Below the pieces are notes generated by a model. The model was not told the origin of the DNA. It did no database searches and worked only from the letters and a program-made list of their open reading frames with translations. Below, one piece after another: positions 31,655 to 43,306 of a stretch of 64,000 nucleotides of DNA. Position 1 is the stretch's first letter, and every line of letters starts with the position of its first letter. A program made the translations under genes and the position numbers. The stretch is from Ignavibacteriota bacterium (lineage in GTDB: Bacteria; Bacteroidota; Ignavibacteria; UBA10030; UBA6906): contig CAWDEM010000008.1 of the NCBI GenBank assembly GCA_963801355.1, forward strand, positions 1,760,001-1,824,000, read 5' to 3'.

Positions 31655-31816
31655 CTACTCCGATTCCGGAATGACGCACCGGAAGCCGATCCAGTGGATG
31701 CGATTGGATGAAGGGGTCAGTCCCTTGCGATAGGAGGCTCGAACGTGCCAGCGGGGATCGTACACCATAACCATCTTATCCTTCTCGCGAACGAATGTGC
31801 TTCCTAACTTCTTCAT
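31655..31816 (-). pseudogene. Internally deleted FGE-sulfatase (SUMF1/EgtB-type) gene remnant, 53 aa
   Basis: MKKLGSTFVREKDKMVMVY|DPRWHVRASYRKGLTPSSNRIHWIGFRCVIPESE*: typical FGE-domain start fused in frame to the typical R..R..GFRC end. Confidence 0.7.
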
Positions 31817-31898
31817 GAACCGCCTGGAGGACAGGGTGAAGAGTCCCCCGTGGGTGGAGAGGGACTTGAATTCAATGGTTGAATACAGGTGTACTTCG

Positions 31899-32768
31899 TC
31901 AGAACATCACCATCAGCGATGATAGAACAATGGCAACGCACACAGCGAGGTGTATGATAAATGCGTAGCTCCGGGCCTTTGCCATCTTCCTTGTATTCGT
32001 GTGTTCGTTCCACGAAAGGGTCACGATTTTCAGTGCTAGACCGACTGAAAGGAGTGCGATCAACGACAGGGGTGCCAGCGATGACCGCATTCGTACCCCC
32101 GAGACAAGTGCTGCGTAGATCAGCATTGACAGGACGAGCGTGACATAGCGACCAGAAAGGCGAGGGGCAAACATCATGACCATAGTCTTGCGCCCAGTTC
32201 TCTCGTCATCGACCCTGCTAACTAGTTCATCGGTCCAAACCCACAGACCGGTTGCAGCAACAATCGGCAGTGCAGCCAGGTACACATTGCGCGTGAGGTC
32301 GCCGACCTGGACGAGGTACCCTCCGAGCACAGGCACCAAACCAAGACCTTCGGCAAGGAGAACCTCACCACCGGCCCGCCGGCAGAAGTTGAACGGCGGC
32401 ACGACGTAAAGCACACCCGTGAAGAGCGTGACCAGCCCGTACACAATGAAGATGCTTTCAGGAACACCGCCGTGCAGTGTCAGTCCGCTATTCATATGGA
32501 GACCCAGGAGGCAGCCTGCTGCAATGCACACGACGGCAACCCGGGGAAGTCTGGGCCCTGTCCACCCATCCGTGAACCTGCCTTCGAAACGGACCAGCAG
32601 GGACGAGAAGCCGGCGTGGAATAATGCAGTCGCGATGAGAAACTCGATTGCCGCAAGCCAGTTGAACGAAAAGTCCGGCGGACGAAGCCAGAATGGAAGC
32701 GTCGTACCAACGAAGGCCGGGAGCAGAGAGGCGGTCCAAAAGCGGATTCCAGCGATTTCGCCGATCAT
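31899..32768 (-). CDS. UbiA prenyltransferase family (MenA-like) protein
   Basis: Multi-TM; ASLLPAFVG, YVVPPF..GGE, DELVSRVDDERTGRKT motif. Confidence 0.75.
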   Translation of the reverse strand: MIGEIAGIRFWTASLLPAFVGTTLPFWLRPPDFSFNWLAAIEFLIATALFHAGFSSLLVRFEGRFTDGWTGPRLPRVAVVCIAAGCLLGLHMNSGLTLHGGVPESIFIVYGLVTLFTGVLYVVPPFNFCRRAGGEVLLAEGLGLVPVLGGYLVQVGDLTRNVYLAALPIVAATGLWVWTDELVSRVDDERTGRKTMVMMFAPRLSGRYVTLVLSMLIYAALVSGVRMRSSLAPLSLIALLSVGLALKIVTLSWNEHTNTRKMAKARSYAFIIHLAVCVAIVLSSLMVMF

Positions 32769-32856
32769 GGGATACCTACACGAGAGAGCATCATCCCGAC
32801 GGCATGGAGAACCAACAGTACGGCAGTGACTTACGATTGAGAATACCTAGAGTCAA
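32761..32856 (-). repeat. Promoter/leader/start module, copy 2 (in front of the UbiA gene)
   Basis: CCGATCATGGGATACCT vs CCGATCATGGGAAACCT at 51109 (16/17); TTGACT-N17-TAAGTC; -10 lies 60 nt from the ATG as in K2 and K4. Confidence 0.75.
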
Positions 32857-32949
32857 GATGACGGATACAAGTGATCGCGGACTTCCAATTGAAAAGCCCG
32901 TGGAAGGTAGATAGACAGAAGTACTGTCCCTCCGGATCGCTGTGACGCG

Positions 32950-34455
32950 TCATCGAATGCGGGGAGTGGACCGACCGTGTGCGGTTCCTCCTGGGCGCTT
33001 CCCTCCCCGCCAGGGTTCCATAGCCTTGCGAACTTCCTCGGCAAGCCAGTCGGCCTCCCTCCTGTCATTAAGAAAAAGGAACGGAGAGATGGATTTCCCA
33101 TCCTCCTGGGTGAGGGTGATCGAGTAGTAACCGCGTTTCCCCGCTTGCGCCTCGCCTTTTACGCCGATCTTCGTAATGCTCGAGCAGGGCATGCGTCTGC
33201 CCATTGGCAATCGGAAACCGAATAGCAAGTTGCGAACGTTCACGTGCCCCTCCTCCACCACTATGCGGCTCTCGCCGAATACGAGAAAAACAGTTATGAA
33301 AGCGATGAGCAAGCTGAACATCCCGAATACCAGAGGGAAGATGAACGGTGCGCCGCCGAATATGAGGAGTGCGACAATTCCGGCAAAAATGAGGAAGATG
33401 GCCAGTGTAGGCAATGTGGCCGGTATCCCCCCGCGGGTTTTGAGGACGAACTCCGCCCCGCCCCCCGCGCTCGGAAGGATGGTGACACCCGTGTGGTCGG
33501 CGGGTGCGAGGATTGGAGTCCCGGCAGCAACATCCTCCGCGCGGAGTCGTTCCTCAGTGAGCTGAGGGGAGGATGCCATCGATTTGAAAACAGGAATCTC
33601 GAAACTCGTGGCAAAGTCAACACCCGGGACCGCAGCGGTAGCCTCAAGCTTCCAGAAGACCGAATTGCGCTCGTCTATCTGGCCGGTCGGGCTGAGGTCG
33701 TACGGGACCAGGAATCTCACCGTCGCGCTCTGTGTCACCCCTTCTCCCGTGGGCGATAGCTGGGCGACGGACTGCTCAGTCTGCCATTGCACTTCTTCGT
33801 GTGTGGAAGTGCCCTTGTTGGTCTTCCGCAATTGTCTGTGGATGCAGGAGAGCCGCACATTGAGCGCCTGGGCAGTCGGAAGGCCGCGCGGCAGAAGGAT
33901 GTTGCCCGTCACCTCTCCACCGAGGATTCCTGGCACACGCACCATCTGGAACAGACAGTCGCCGTATTTCACGCGTTGCATGGTCTTCCGCACAGCAACC
34001 ACGATGAGTCCGATGCCGACAATGGGAAACAGGAAGCCCAAGAGAGCGGCATAGTTTTCTTTTTCAAAGATCTCCTCGGGAAGGAAGATCAACGTTGGTG
34101 CGGCAATGAGGTTCCAGAGGAGGGCAAATCCCCAGAAGAACCATGTGGTGGACTTCTCCATGCTGCGAACTTGCCCGATGGCCCAGTCGTCGCGCCACTT
34201 CCAGGGCTCACTGGGGTAGGTCGCTCGCAGGCTTGCCTCACGTGCCTGGCTCCGGAATCCCGCGGAAGTGAGCGCAAGCACACCCAGACCAAAGCCCCCG
34301 AACGCCAGAGCCGCAATCAGCATCACAAGCGCGTTTGTCGTCTCGCCATCCTGAAGAGCCACGAAGGCTCCGTATGCAATCCCAATGCCGATCGCGCAGA
34401 AGATAAGCACAAATACATAGATGGCGATCTTTCCGAAATTCGATTCTGGTTCCAT
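32950..34455 (-). CDS. Hypothetical multi-pass membrane protein
   Basis: 501 aa, three TM pairs, PWKWRDDW and WKLE..A..PGVDFATSFEIPVF soluble beta-domain. Confidence 0.7.
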   Translation of the reverse strand: MEPESNFGKIAIYVFVLIFCAIGIGIAYGAFVALQDGETTNALVMLIAALAFGGFGLGVLALTSAGFRSQAREASLRATYPSEPWKWRDDWAIGQVRSMEKSTTWFFWGFALLWNLIAAPTLIFLPEEIFEKENYAALLGFLFPIVGIGLIVVAVRKTMQRVKYGDCLFQMVRVPGILGGEVTGNILLPRGLPTAQALNVRLSCIHRQLRKTNKGTSTHEEVQWQTEQSVAQLSPTGEGVTQSATVRFLVPYDLSPTGQIDERNSVFWKLEATAAVPGVDFATSFEIPVFKSMASSPQLTEERLRAEDVAAGTPILAPADHTGVTILPSAGGGAEFVLKTRGGIPATLPTLAIFLIFAGIVALLIFGGAPFIFPLVFGMFSLLIAFITVFLVFGESRIVVEEGHVNVRNLLFGFRLPMGRRMPCSSITKIGVKGEAQAGKRGYYSITLTQEDGKSISPFLFLNDRREADWLAEEVRKAMEPWRGGKRPGGTAHGRSTPRIR

Positions 34456-34515
34456 CGAACACCTTCTCTTCGGAGTACGTAAACAGTACAGCTGGTATTT
34501 GTCAAAAGTATCGAA

Positions 34516-35283
34516 TCACGCCCGCATGGGATTCCGGATTGTCTGCACGGCGACCGCAAAGAAGATCACAAGGAAGCACACGTAAGCCACCCCCTTCACG
34601 ACAAGCCCTTCAACCGTACCGGCTCCGATAGTGGCATACCGGAGGAAGTCTGTGTGCCAGCTCAGTGGATTGCCGAGCGACACCGTCTGCAGCCATCGCG
34701 GCAATGTCTCCGCCGGATAGAACATCGAACTGCTGAACATGAGAACGAAGTAGACCAGGTTGAGGAATGTGTTGAACATGTCGTTCCGGCGAATCCGGAT
34801 CGCAAACGTCACAAGGAAGAAGAACCATCCCGCCGTGCCAAGCACCTGGCCGACCGCGACAAGCCCGAGGAGATCCCAGCGGATGGTCAGACCGAGCACC
34901 GCACTCCCCACCACGATAGTCACGGCTGCCTGCACGAGCGCAAGAGCGCAGTTGAACAAAATCTTCCCCACAAGAAACTCGGAGCGTGTCATCGGGTAGG
35001 TGAGGAACTCATAGAAGATCCCGTTTTCTCGATCGACAAAGAAACCGTAGGAGGTATTGATCGCGATGCCGAAACTGGCCATGGACAGCACCCCGGCGAG
35101 AAAGAAGGCATTGTAGCTCACACGCAGACCGTCGACGACTACCCCGGACGGAAAAGCGCTGTTGAAACCGATGCCGAAAATCAGCAGGTACACCAGCGGC
35201 ATGAAGATATCATAGAACATCCAGTTCAGGCTGGTTGTCCGGATGCGGTAGTCCCGGTACATCACCGCGAGGATCATCCTCAT
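34516..35283 (-). CDS. ABC-2 type exporter permease
   Basis: 6 TM, DRENG..EFLTYP, FSSSMFYP..LP.W....NPL. Confidence 0.88.
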   Translation of the reverse strand: MRMILAVMYRDYRIRTTSLNWMFYDIFMPLVYLLIFGIGFNSAFPSGVVVDGLRVSYNAFFLAGVLSMASFGIAINTSYGFFVDRENGIFYEFLTYPMTRSEFLVGKILFNCALALVQAAVTIVVGSAVLGLTIRWDLLGLVAVGQVLGTAGWFFFLVTFAIRIRRNDMFNTFLNLVYFVLMFSSSMFYPAETLPRWLQTVSLGNPLSWHTDFLRYATIGAGTVEGLVVKGVAYVCFLVIFFAVAVQTIRNPMRA

Positions 35284-36260
35284 GAGTTCCCTCCCTCTGC
35301 TCCATTCCTGCCCCTTGTGCCGAGCAGCTCCAGGAACACATCCTCCAGCGATGCACTGGTCACTTCAAAATGCACTATGGGTTCAACACGCGACAACGCA
35401 TCCAGCAGAGCAAACGCTGAGACATCGGGTGTCTTGATGCTCATCTCGAGCGTCGTATGAGTCGTGTGGAGTTTGAGGTGAGGGAAAGACCTCGCCGTCT
35501 CAAGAATTGCCGGCTTCATCTGCTTGAACGCGACAGTGACATCGCACACCTGTACGGCCATGGACTTGATCATAGCCAGATCGCCGATGGCGATGCAGCG
35601 GCCATGGTCCACGATGGCAATTCGGTCGCAAAGCTCTTCCGCTTCTTGAAGGATGTGCGTGGTCAGCAGGATGGTCCGCCCCTGCTGCGCCTGCTGACGG
35701 ATGGCCTCCAGCGTTGCCCTCTTGTTTACCGGATCCATTCCGGTGGTCGCTTCATCGAGAAAGACCACGGGTTTGTCCACCATGAACACTTTGGCAACCT
35801 GAACCCGCCGTTTCAGCCCGCCGCTCAGATCTATGACTGTCTGGTGCCGGTACTCATCAAGTCCGAATTGGGCCATAACGCTTTCGGCACGAGAGAGGAT
35901 CTCCCGCTGCGGGATCGAATGGAATCGCCCGAACGTGGTAAGATTGTCCAGAACAGAAAGGAAGGTATCGACGGCATTCTCTTGGAGGACGGCGCAAATG
36001 GACTGGCGGACCCGGTACGGATCAGTGACGACATTCAGTCCGCACACCTCAGCCGTTCCACCGGTGGGTTGGATCAGCGTGGTCAATATCCGAAGGAGAG
36101 TGGTCTTCCCTGCCCCATTCTTCCCCAGCAGTCCGAGGATCTCTCCCTTCCTGACTTCAAGACTCAATCCATCCAGTGCTCTGACCGGATTTCGGGATGT
36201 CTCGCGGTATATTTTGACCAGGTCCTGTACCCGGACCACGGTATCGTTATGAGAACTCAT
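35280..36260 (-). CDS. ABC transporter ATP-binding protein (DrrA-like)
   Basis: GKNGAGKT, LSGG, FLDEAT, LTTH; 4-bp overlap with the permease. Confidence 0.93.
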   Translation of the reverse strand: MSSHNDTVVRVQDLVKIYRETSRNPVRALDGLSLEVRKGEILGLLGKNGAGKTTLLRILTTLIQPTGGTAEVCGLNVVTDPYRVRQSICAVLQENAVDTFLSVLDNLTTFGRFHSIPQREILSRAESVMAQFGLDEYRHQTVIDLSGGLKRRVQVAKVFMVDKPVVFLDEATTGMDPVNKRATLEAIRQQAQQGRTILLTTHILQEAEELCDRIAIVDHGRCIAIGDLAMIKSMAVQVCDVTVAFKQMKPAILETARSFPHLKLHTTHTTLEMSIKTPDVSAFALLDALSRVEPIVHFEVTSASLEDVFLELLGTRGRNGAEGGNS

Positions 36261-36287
36261 GCGTTTCAGTGTAACGATGAAGCAGCG

Positions 36288-38390
36288 TCAAAGGACCCGT
36301 GTGAACACCAGTACTACGGCCGGTTCTTGATTCGACCTTGTCTGCCTACTCTCGCGCACCGTGAGAGTCATCCCACCTTCCGATAACGCGTATTCGCTCC
36401 TGGACGTCGTCGCGAACGTCCCCTGCGATGTCTGCAGTGTCAGCGCTGTCGTGACCACAAGCGTTGTACCATCGGCACTCCACGCTGCCGAACTCACGAT
36501 GCTGTCCGACCACCCTCCGCTATATCCCATCCGCCGGGTCATCTCCTCGGCAGAAGCAACCCCGCCGCCGCCAATGATCATCTGTTTGGTGGTCGTGAGC
36601 TCCCGGTGCTGGATATACCGGCTCTCCCTGGCCGTCGTCGTCATCGTAATTGCGTTCCCGCGCTGGTCGATGACGAGCTCGAGAAGCGAGGGGAAATGAT
36701 TCCGGCTCCTCGCCGGGACGAGTTTCCAGCGTCCGGAAAAGTCGGGCCGCTCTTCGAGATACCGCGTTGTCATTGTGGGTCGCCGTCCTGCCATCATCAT
36801 GAACTCCCGCGGAGGAACAACCTCGCAATCGTCGCCGAGGAGTGCAATGACCCGCTTCATCCGCTCTATGTCGTTGTGCTCCCGAACATGGACCGGCAGA
36901 AAATACGGTCTTCGTGGATTGATCCGGCCAAGCTCCCGCAGATCCTCGGCAACCTCTTCTGCCGGCTTCGTGACATCAACGTAATAGTCGTAGGAGATCA
37001 ACGGACGTCCGTTCCGGATATCGAATGTGTTCGCAGGACCGTAGCCATTAAGGAAACCGTCAGCTGTCGGGAGATTTTCAAAGTAGGCATCGACGATCCG
37101 CTTCGGGAGGTCGGCATTGCCGACCCTATGGTCTCCCTCCGAAAAGTCCATGATTGCAAAGACGTGGAGATCCATCTGGCGCATCAGCGAATCCTCCCTC
37201 CGCAGCACCCCCGGGAGCATCCCCGGCGGATAGGCCTTCGGGTAGAAATACCCCGGGCCGCTCAGACTGCCGATGAAGTGGTCATTCTCGGTCGCCGTCT
37301 CGTAGTAATACTGCAGGAGCGCAGGAGCGACATGGAAATACTCCTCGTTCATTTCCCACCCATAAGGCAAATCACCGCGTCCCGGCTTCAGCCATGACCC
37401 GATCCCGAGGCCGTCGCTCTCAATGAGTGTGAGGTAGACCTTGTCCTCGATCTTCGGGTTCGGGTCGAACTTCCCTTTCTGTTTGAACCGGAAGTCGGGG
37501 GAGACAGGAAGCTGTCCGTGGAAACTCATATTCGGAAGCGACGCAAGCCCCTCGGCAACGATCAAGGCATGCCGGGAGAGAAGAGTGACGTGCTCTTCTT
37601 CTTTGTCTTTGCAGTACGAATGCCATCCGAAGATGTACGCATACGGCCGCATCTCGCTGAAGATCTTCTCCGCCAGCTGGTATTCCCCCGTCTTCGCGGG
37701 CATGGTCGAGAGATCTGTGCAGAAGGCCTTCTGCACGATGGCAAGATCTGCGACGGCCGGCCGCATCCCGGGGCCATTTTTCAGCCCCGTGCAATACTCG
37801 CCGAGGTACACCAGATAGTCGCGGCTGCACCTTGCCCAGTAGCGGTCGTACGCCCATTGAAAGATCTCCAGATCCGTCTTCCCCCGGAAAATCTTTCTGA
37901 AGTCCGCGATTGGTTTGATCCCCAGCTTCTCCATCAGGGGGAGGTATGCTTCCGTTACCACGAGGGCATCTTCCAATCCTGCCACGGTGTAGGAGACCAT
38001 GAGAGAGGTCTTCGCTTCGGGGTCCCATATAACGCACCCCTTGAGAAAACCCCTGTACAGTTTCACTGCTTCCTCAGTGGATTTTATTTCTTGGGTGTTC
38101 AGCTTGTGGCGGACCCGATAGAATTCCAGGATGGCCCTGGAGCCAGGGTGCAAATGCTCCGGGGGATAGAGAAGATAGATGTGGGCTCCATGCTTGTTGG
38201 CGATTCCCTGAAGGCTTATGTAGAGCGCCTGGCGGGGAAGATCACCTGCAGTCTCCCAGTCACCTGCCATAGCGATGACCGATACGCGGGACGGGATATC
38301 GAGGGCGGGAGCGGCCGGGAGAGAGAGAGGGAGAACAACGAGTTGAAGAGCGATACCGACAGTACGGAGAATACCGGTGGTGGTTGTCAT
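36288..38390 (-). CDS. GxGYxYP domain protein (putative glycoside hydrolase) with an extra C-terminal beta-barrel-like domain
   Basis: SLQGIANK, FGWHS, ESDG, SGPGYFYP; C-terminal PDFSGRWKL...WSADGTTL; ATG 38390. Confidence 0.8.
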   Translation of the reverse strand: MTTTTGILRTVGIALQLVVLPLSLPAAPALDIPSRVSVIAMAGDWETAGDLPRQALYISLQGIANKHGAHIYLLYPPEHLHPGSRAILEFYRVRHKLNTQEIKSTEEAVKLYRGFLKGCVIWDPEAKTSLMVSYTVAGLEDALVVTEAYLPLMEKLGIKPIADFRKIFRGKTDLEIFQWAYDRYWARCSRDYLVYLGEYCTGLKNGPGMRPAVADLAIVQKAFCTDLSTMPAKTGEYQLAEKIFSEMRPYAYIFGWHSYCKDKEEEHVTLLSRHALIVAEGLASLPNMSFHGQLPVSPDFRFKQKGKFDPNPKIEDKVYLTLIESDGLGIGSWLKPGRGDLPYGWEMNEEYFHVAPALLQYYYETATENDHFIGSLSGPGYFYPKAYPPGMLPGVLRREDSLMRQMDLHVFAIMDFSEGDHRVGNADLPKRIVDAYFENLPTADGFLNGYGPANTFDIRNGRPLISYDYYVDVTKPAEEVAEDLRELGRINPRRPYFLPVHVREHNDIERMKRVIALLGDDCEVVPPREFMMMAGRRPTMTTRYLEERPDFSGRWKLVPARSRNHFPSLLELVIDQRGNAITMTTTARESRYIQHRELTTTKQMIIGGGGVASAEEMTRRMGYSGGWSDSIVSSAAWSADGTTLVVTTALTLQTSQGTFATTSRSEYALSEGGMTLTVRESRQTRSNQEPAVVLVFTRVL

Positions 38391-38658
38391 GATGGGACGC
38401 CAGATGGGTTGTTGTGGATCAGGGTTTTCCGACTTCGAGCGCATGACGCGGTTCAGTCGCCGAACGGGCTGTCAACAGGGCATGGAACGAAAGATAGATC
38501 CCTCTGCCCGCGAGCGTGAGGATTGCAGCCAACCACCAAATATGGCCCGCAGCAAGCACCGCGAACTGGCTGGTCCATTCGGCGGCTCCATGCAGGTGGG
38601 GGATGCGTGAAATAACGTTGAGTATACAGAATTCGCCACAGAGAATCAATGAAACGGG

Positions 38659-38694
38659 AGATTGGCACAGAAGTCCAGATTGGTACAGAAGACC
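38659..38694. repeat. 18-bp tandem repeat x2
   Basis: AGATTGGCACAGAAGTCC / AGATTGGTACAGAAGACC (16/18). Confidence 0.75.
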
Positions 38695-38729
38695 TTCTAA
38701 CGATGGCAAACTCTGCGAGTTCTATGCCG

Positions 38730-39158
38730 TCAAGACTCTGCAGGCGGGCTTTGATCGATGGGGGCAACATCGCCGTGGCGGTGGACGATCTTCCACACAC
38801 CGTTCTCTCGGCGGTAGACGTGGGTGACGCGCAGCGTGCTACGCTCGACCGAGCCACCGTCTACGGACCTTGAAGAGTGCTCGTGGCCCACTGTGTAGGC
38901 CAGGTTGCCATCAACGCCTGCGGTGATGAGCTCGTACCTGTAGGCATTGCAGTTGGAGAATCGAGACGCGACCCAGCGGGAGATCCGGGTCACCTCATCC
39001 AATCCACTCTTGCACGGCCCCCATGCCCCGAACAGGGTCACCGGATCTTTTGTTGACCACATCTCCAGTCGCGGTTTCGGGTCGCCGTTGTGAATCGCTT
39101 CTTCGGCCGTGATCTGGCGGGCAAGGGTGTTCGTGAGGAAATCGTCGAGTTCACTCAT
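38730..39158 (-). CDS. NTF2-like / SnoaL-like (DUF4440-type) protein
   Basis: 142 aa; LAYTVGHE..LRVTHVYRRENGVWKIVHRHGD. Confidence 0.85.
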   Translation of the reverse strand: MSELDDFLTNTLARQITAEEAIHNGDPKPRLEMWSTKDPVTLFGAWGPCKSGLDEVTRISRWVASRFSNCNAYRYELITAGVDGNLAYTVGHEHSSRSVDGGSVERSTLRVTHVYRRENGVWKIVHRHGDVAPIDQSPPAES

Positions 39159-39195
39159 GACCCTCTCCTTCCTTTCAAAAGGGAGCTACCACTTT

Positions 39196-40611
39196 TCAAA
39201 ACGGCTTAATGTTATGGTTCGTACGAAACGTATTTTCGGGATCCCACTTTTTCTTGACTTCAGCGAGGCGCTGAAGTGACTTCCCCAGTGCAGTCTTGAT
39301 GCGATCAGGGCCTTCGTCTTCGGTCAGGAAGTTTATGTACGTGCCACCCGTAGAAAAGGGTTTCATGTCGTCCCAGGCCTCACGTGCCCATGTGATATTT
39401 GCCCCGTCCTCACCCGATTGCTCCCACGAGCTTGCCACGTTGAGTACGTAGCGCGCGTCGCGGTTCCCGACGGGAGAGTGCATTTCTTCGAGTCGGTTCA
39501 GAGCGCCACCCACTTGGAACAAAATCACGGCAGAGTGCGGCGATCGAATCCTCGCGGCATGCACAAGAACTTTCTCGTACAGAGATCGGTCGATGCGCGG
39601 GAGATACTCGCTCTTCCAATAGTAGCGCCGGCCCTTCGGCTGCGTGGCGTCGAGCAAGGACTGCAACTGCGCGTATGGCCTGCGCACAAGGATGTCACCG
39701 ATAGGATTGCCGAACGACTTGATGGGTGCGACAGCTTTCTCGCCGTCCTCCGGCTTCCCGCTGTAACAGGCGAGCAGTGCCACGATCGGAGTCCCATGCC
39801 GCTCCTTTGGAAGCCACGGTGCTGGAGGTGCCATGCGCATCATAGCTGCGAGTGTGAGTTCGGGTGGTGCATTCTCAGCAAGCGCCTGGTACAACTCTAA
39901 CACCTTGGGTGCCTCGCTTGCAGGCCAGGCAACAACGCCGCCGATGATCTCCGGACCGACGGGGTATAGTGCATAGTCGATCCCGGTCACGACCCCGAAG
40001 TTTCCGCCACCACCCCGCAGCGCCCAGAAGAGATCCGCATTCTCGTCGTTGCTTGCTCGCACCAGTCGTGCATCGGCAGTCACGATATCCATCCCGACGA
40101 CATTGTCCGCCGTCCACCCCCAACGCCGCGTCAGGTAGCCGAACCCGCCGCCTACAGTCAGTCCCGCGATCCCCGTGAGCGACACAAAACCGAGGACGGC
40201 AGCGAGTCCGTGTAGCTGCGTCTCTCGATCCACATCCCCAAGCAAACAGCCGGCCTGTGCATGGGCGATTTTCCCCCGCGTGTCCACCCAGACGCCGCGC
40301 ATGAGTGACATATCGAGCATGAGGGCGCCATCGGCCGTGGCCAGACCTGCGATGTTGTGTCCTCCACCCTTTATGCATAGCAGGACGTCGTTGTCCCGCG
40401 CGAATTGCACGCAACTGATCACGTCCGCGATCCCGAGGCAGCGGACAACGACGGAGGGTCTTCTGTCAATCATGCCGTTCCAGACGGTACGAGACTCTTC
40501 ATAGCCGATATCACCCGGCAAGAACACCGGACCGCGAAGACGCATCCTCAGATTATCAACTCTGTCCTGTTTCAGGTCGATCTCGCGGCCTTCCCGTGAC
40601 TTCACTTTCAA
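39196..40611 (-). CDS. FAD-binding oxidoreductase, berberine-bridge-enzyme-like
   Basis: KGGGHN, GGGFG, LFWALRGGGGNFGVVT, YINF..KKKWDPENTF; TTG start after AAGGAG. Confidence 0.92.
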   Translation of the reverse strand: MKVKSREGREIDLKQDRVDNLRMRLRGPVFLPGDIGYEESRTVWNGMIDRRPSVVVRCLGIADVISCVQFARDNDVLLCIKGGGHNIAGLATADGALMLDMSLMRGVWVDTRGKIAHAQAGCLLGDVDRETQLHGLAAVLGFVSLTGIAGLTVGGGFGYLTRRWGWTADNVVGMDIVTADARLVRASNDENADLFWALRGGGGNFGVVTGIDYALYPVGPEIIGGVVAWPASEAPKVLELYQALAENAPPELTLAAMMRMAPPAPWLPKERHGTPIVALLACYSGKPEDGEKAVAPIKSFGNPIGDILVRRPYAQLQSLLDATQPKGRRYYWKSEYLPRIDRSLYEKVLVHAARIRSPHSAVILFQVGGALNRLEEMHSPVGNRDARYVLNVASSWEQSGEDGANITWAREAWDDMKPFSTGGTYINFLTEDEGPDRIKTALGKSLQRLAEVKKKWDPENTFRTNHNIKPF

Positions 40612-40866
40612 GGTGCGGGCTCCTTCCTATTGAATCTTGTTTGAGTTCTGCATATTAATGTCACCCTGTTCGGCGAGCACGACAACCTCCCATCGATATT
40701 CATCGTAAGCATACATCCATTAACACAAGAATCCACGTCTCTGTTCCTCCAGTTTCCTCCCTGAACTCCTATGGAATAGTCCGGGGAAATCATTCCCCGG
40801 GAATCCTCCGCGGAGCGGGAAGGTACATCTTTGATTCTCCCCCTCCCTCAGGTGGTGTGGTGGTGA

Positions 40867-43197
<2,331 letters not shown>

Positions 43198-43230
43198 GCG
43201 TCGTGGAGACATCTTCCATGAATAGCATCC

Positions 43231-43263
43231 AGGAGTGCCACATCGTACCGATGTGGCACTTCT
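43231..43263 (+). terminator. Hairpin terminator between convergent katG and kinase K2
   Basis: AGTGCCACATCG-TAC-CGATGTGGCACT perfect 12-bp stem. Confidence 0.75.
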
Positions 43264-43306
43264 GTTACGAAGCCTCGTTCGATCCCAAAAAACGAGGTCA
43301 TCCACA

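Noticed and set aside
31655-31816. FGE C-terminal fragment as a DGR template repeat for the FGE domain of K4 (approx. 49110-49270)
   Set aside because: The sequences are not near-identical with adenine-only differences, and no reverse transcriptase or avd is in the window. An internal deletion explains it better.
38419-38709. 96-aa minus-strand ORF as a real gene
   Set aside because: No RBS or family motif, and it runs through the tandem repeat. It may be a remnant but cannot be supported.
27767-40611. Integron cassette array (long run of same-strand unrelated genes)
   Set aside because: No RYYYAAC...GTTRRRY attC hairpins were found after the stops, genes carry their own promoters, and no IntI is present.
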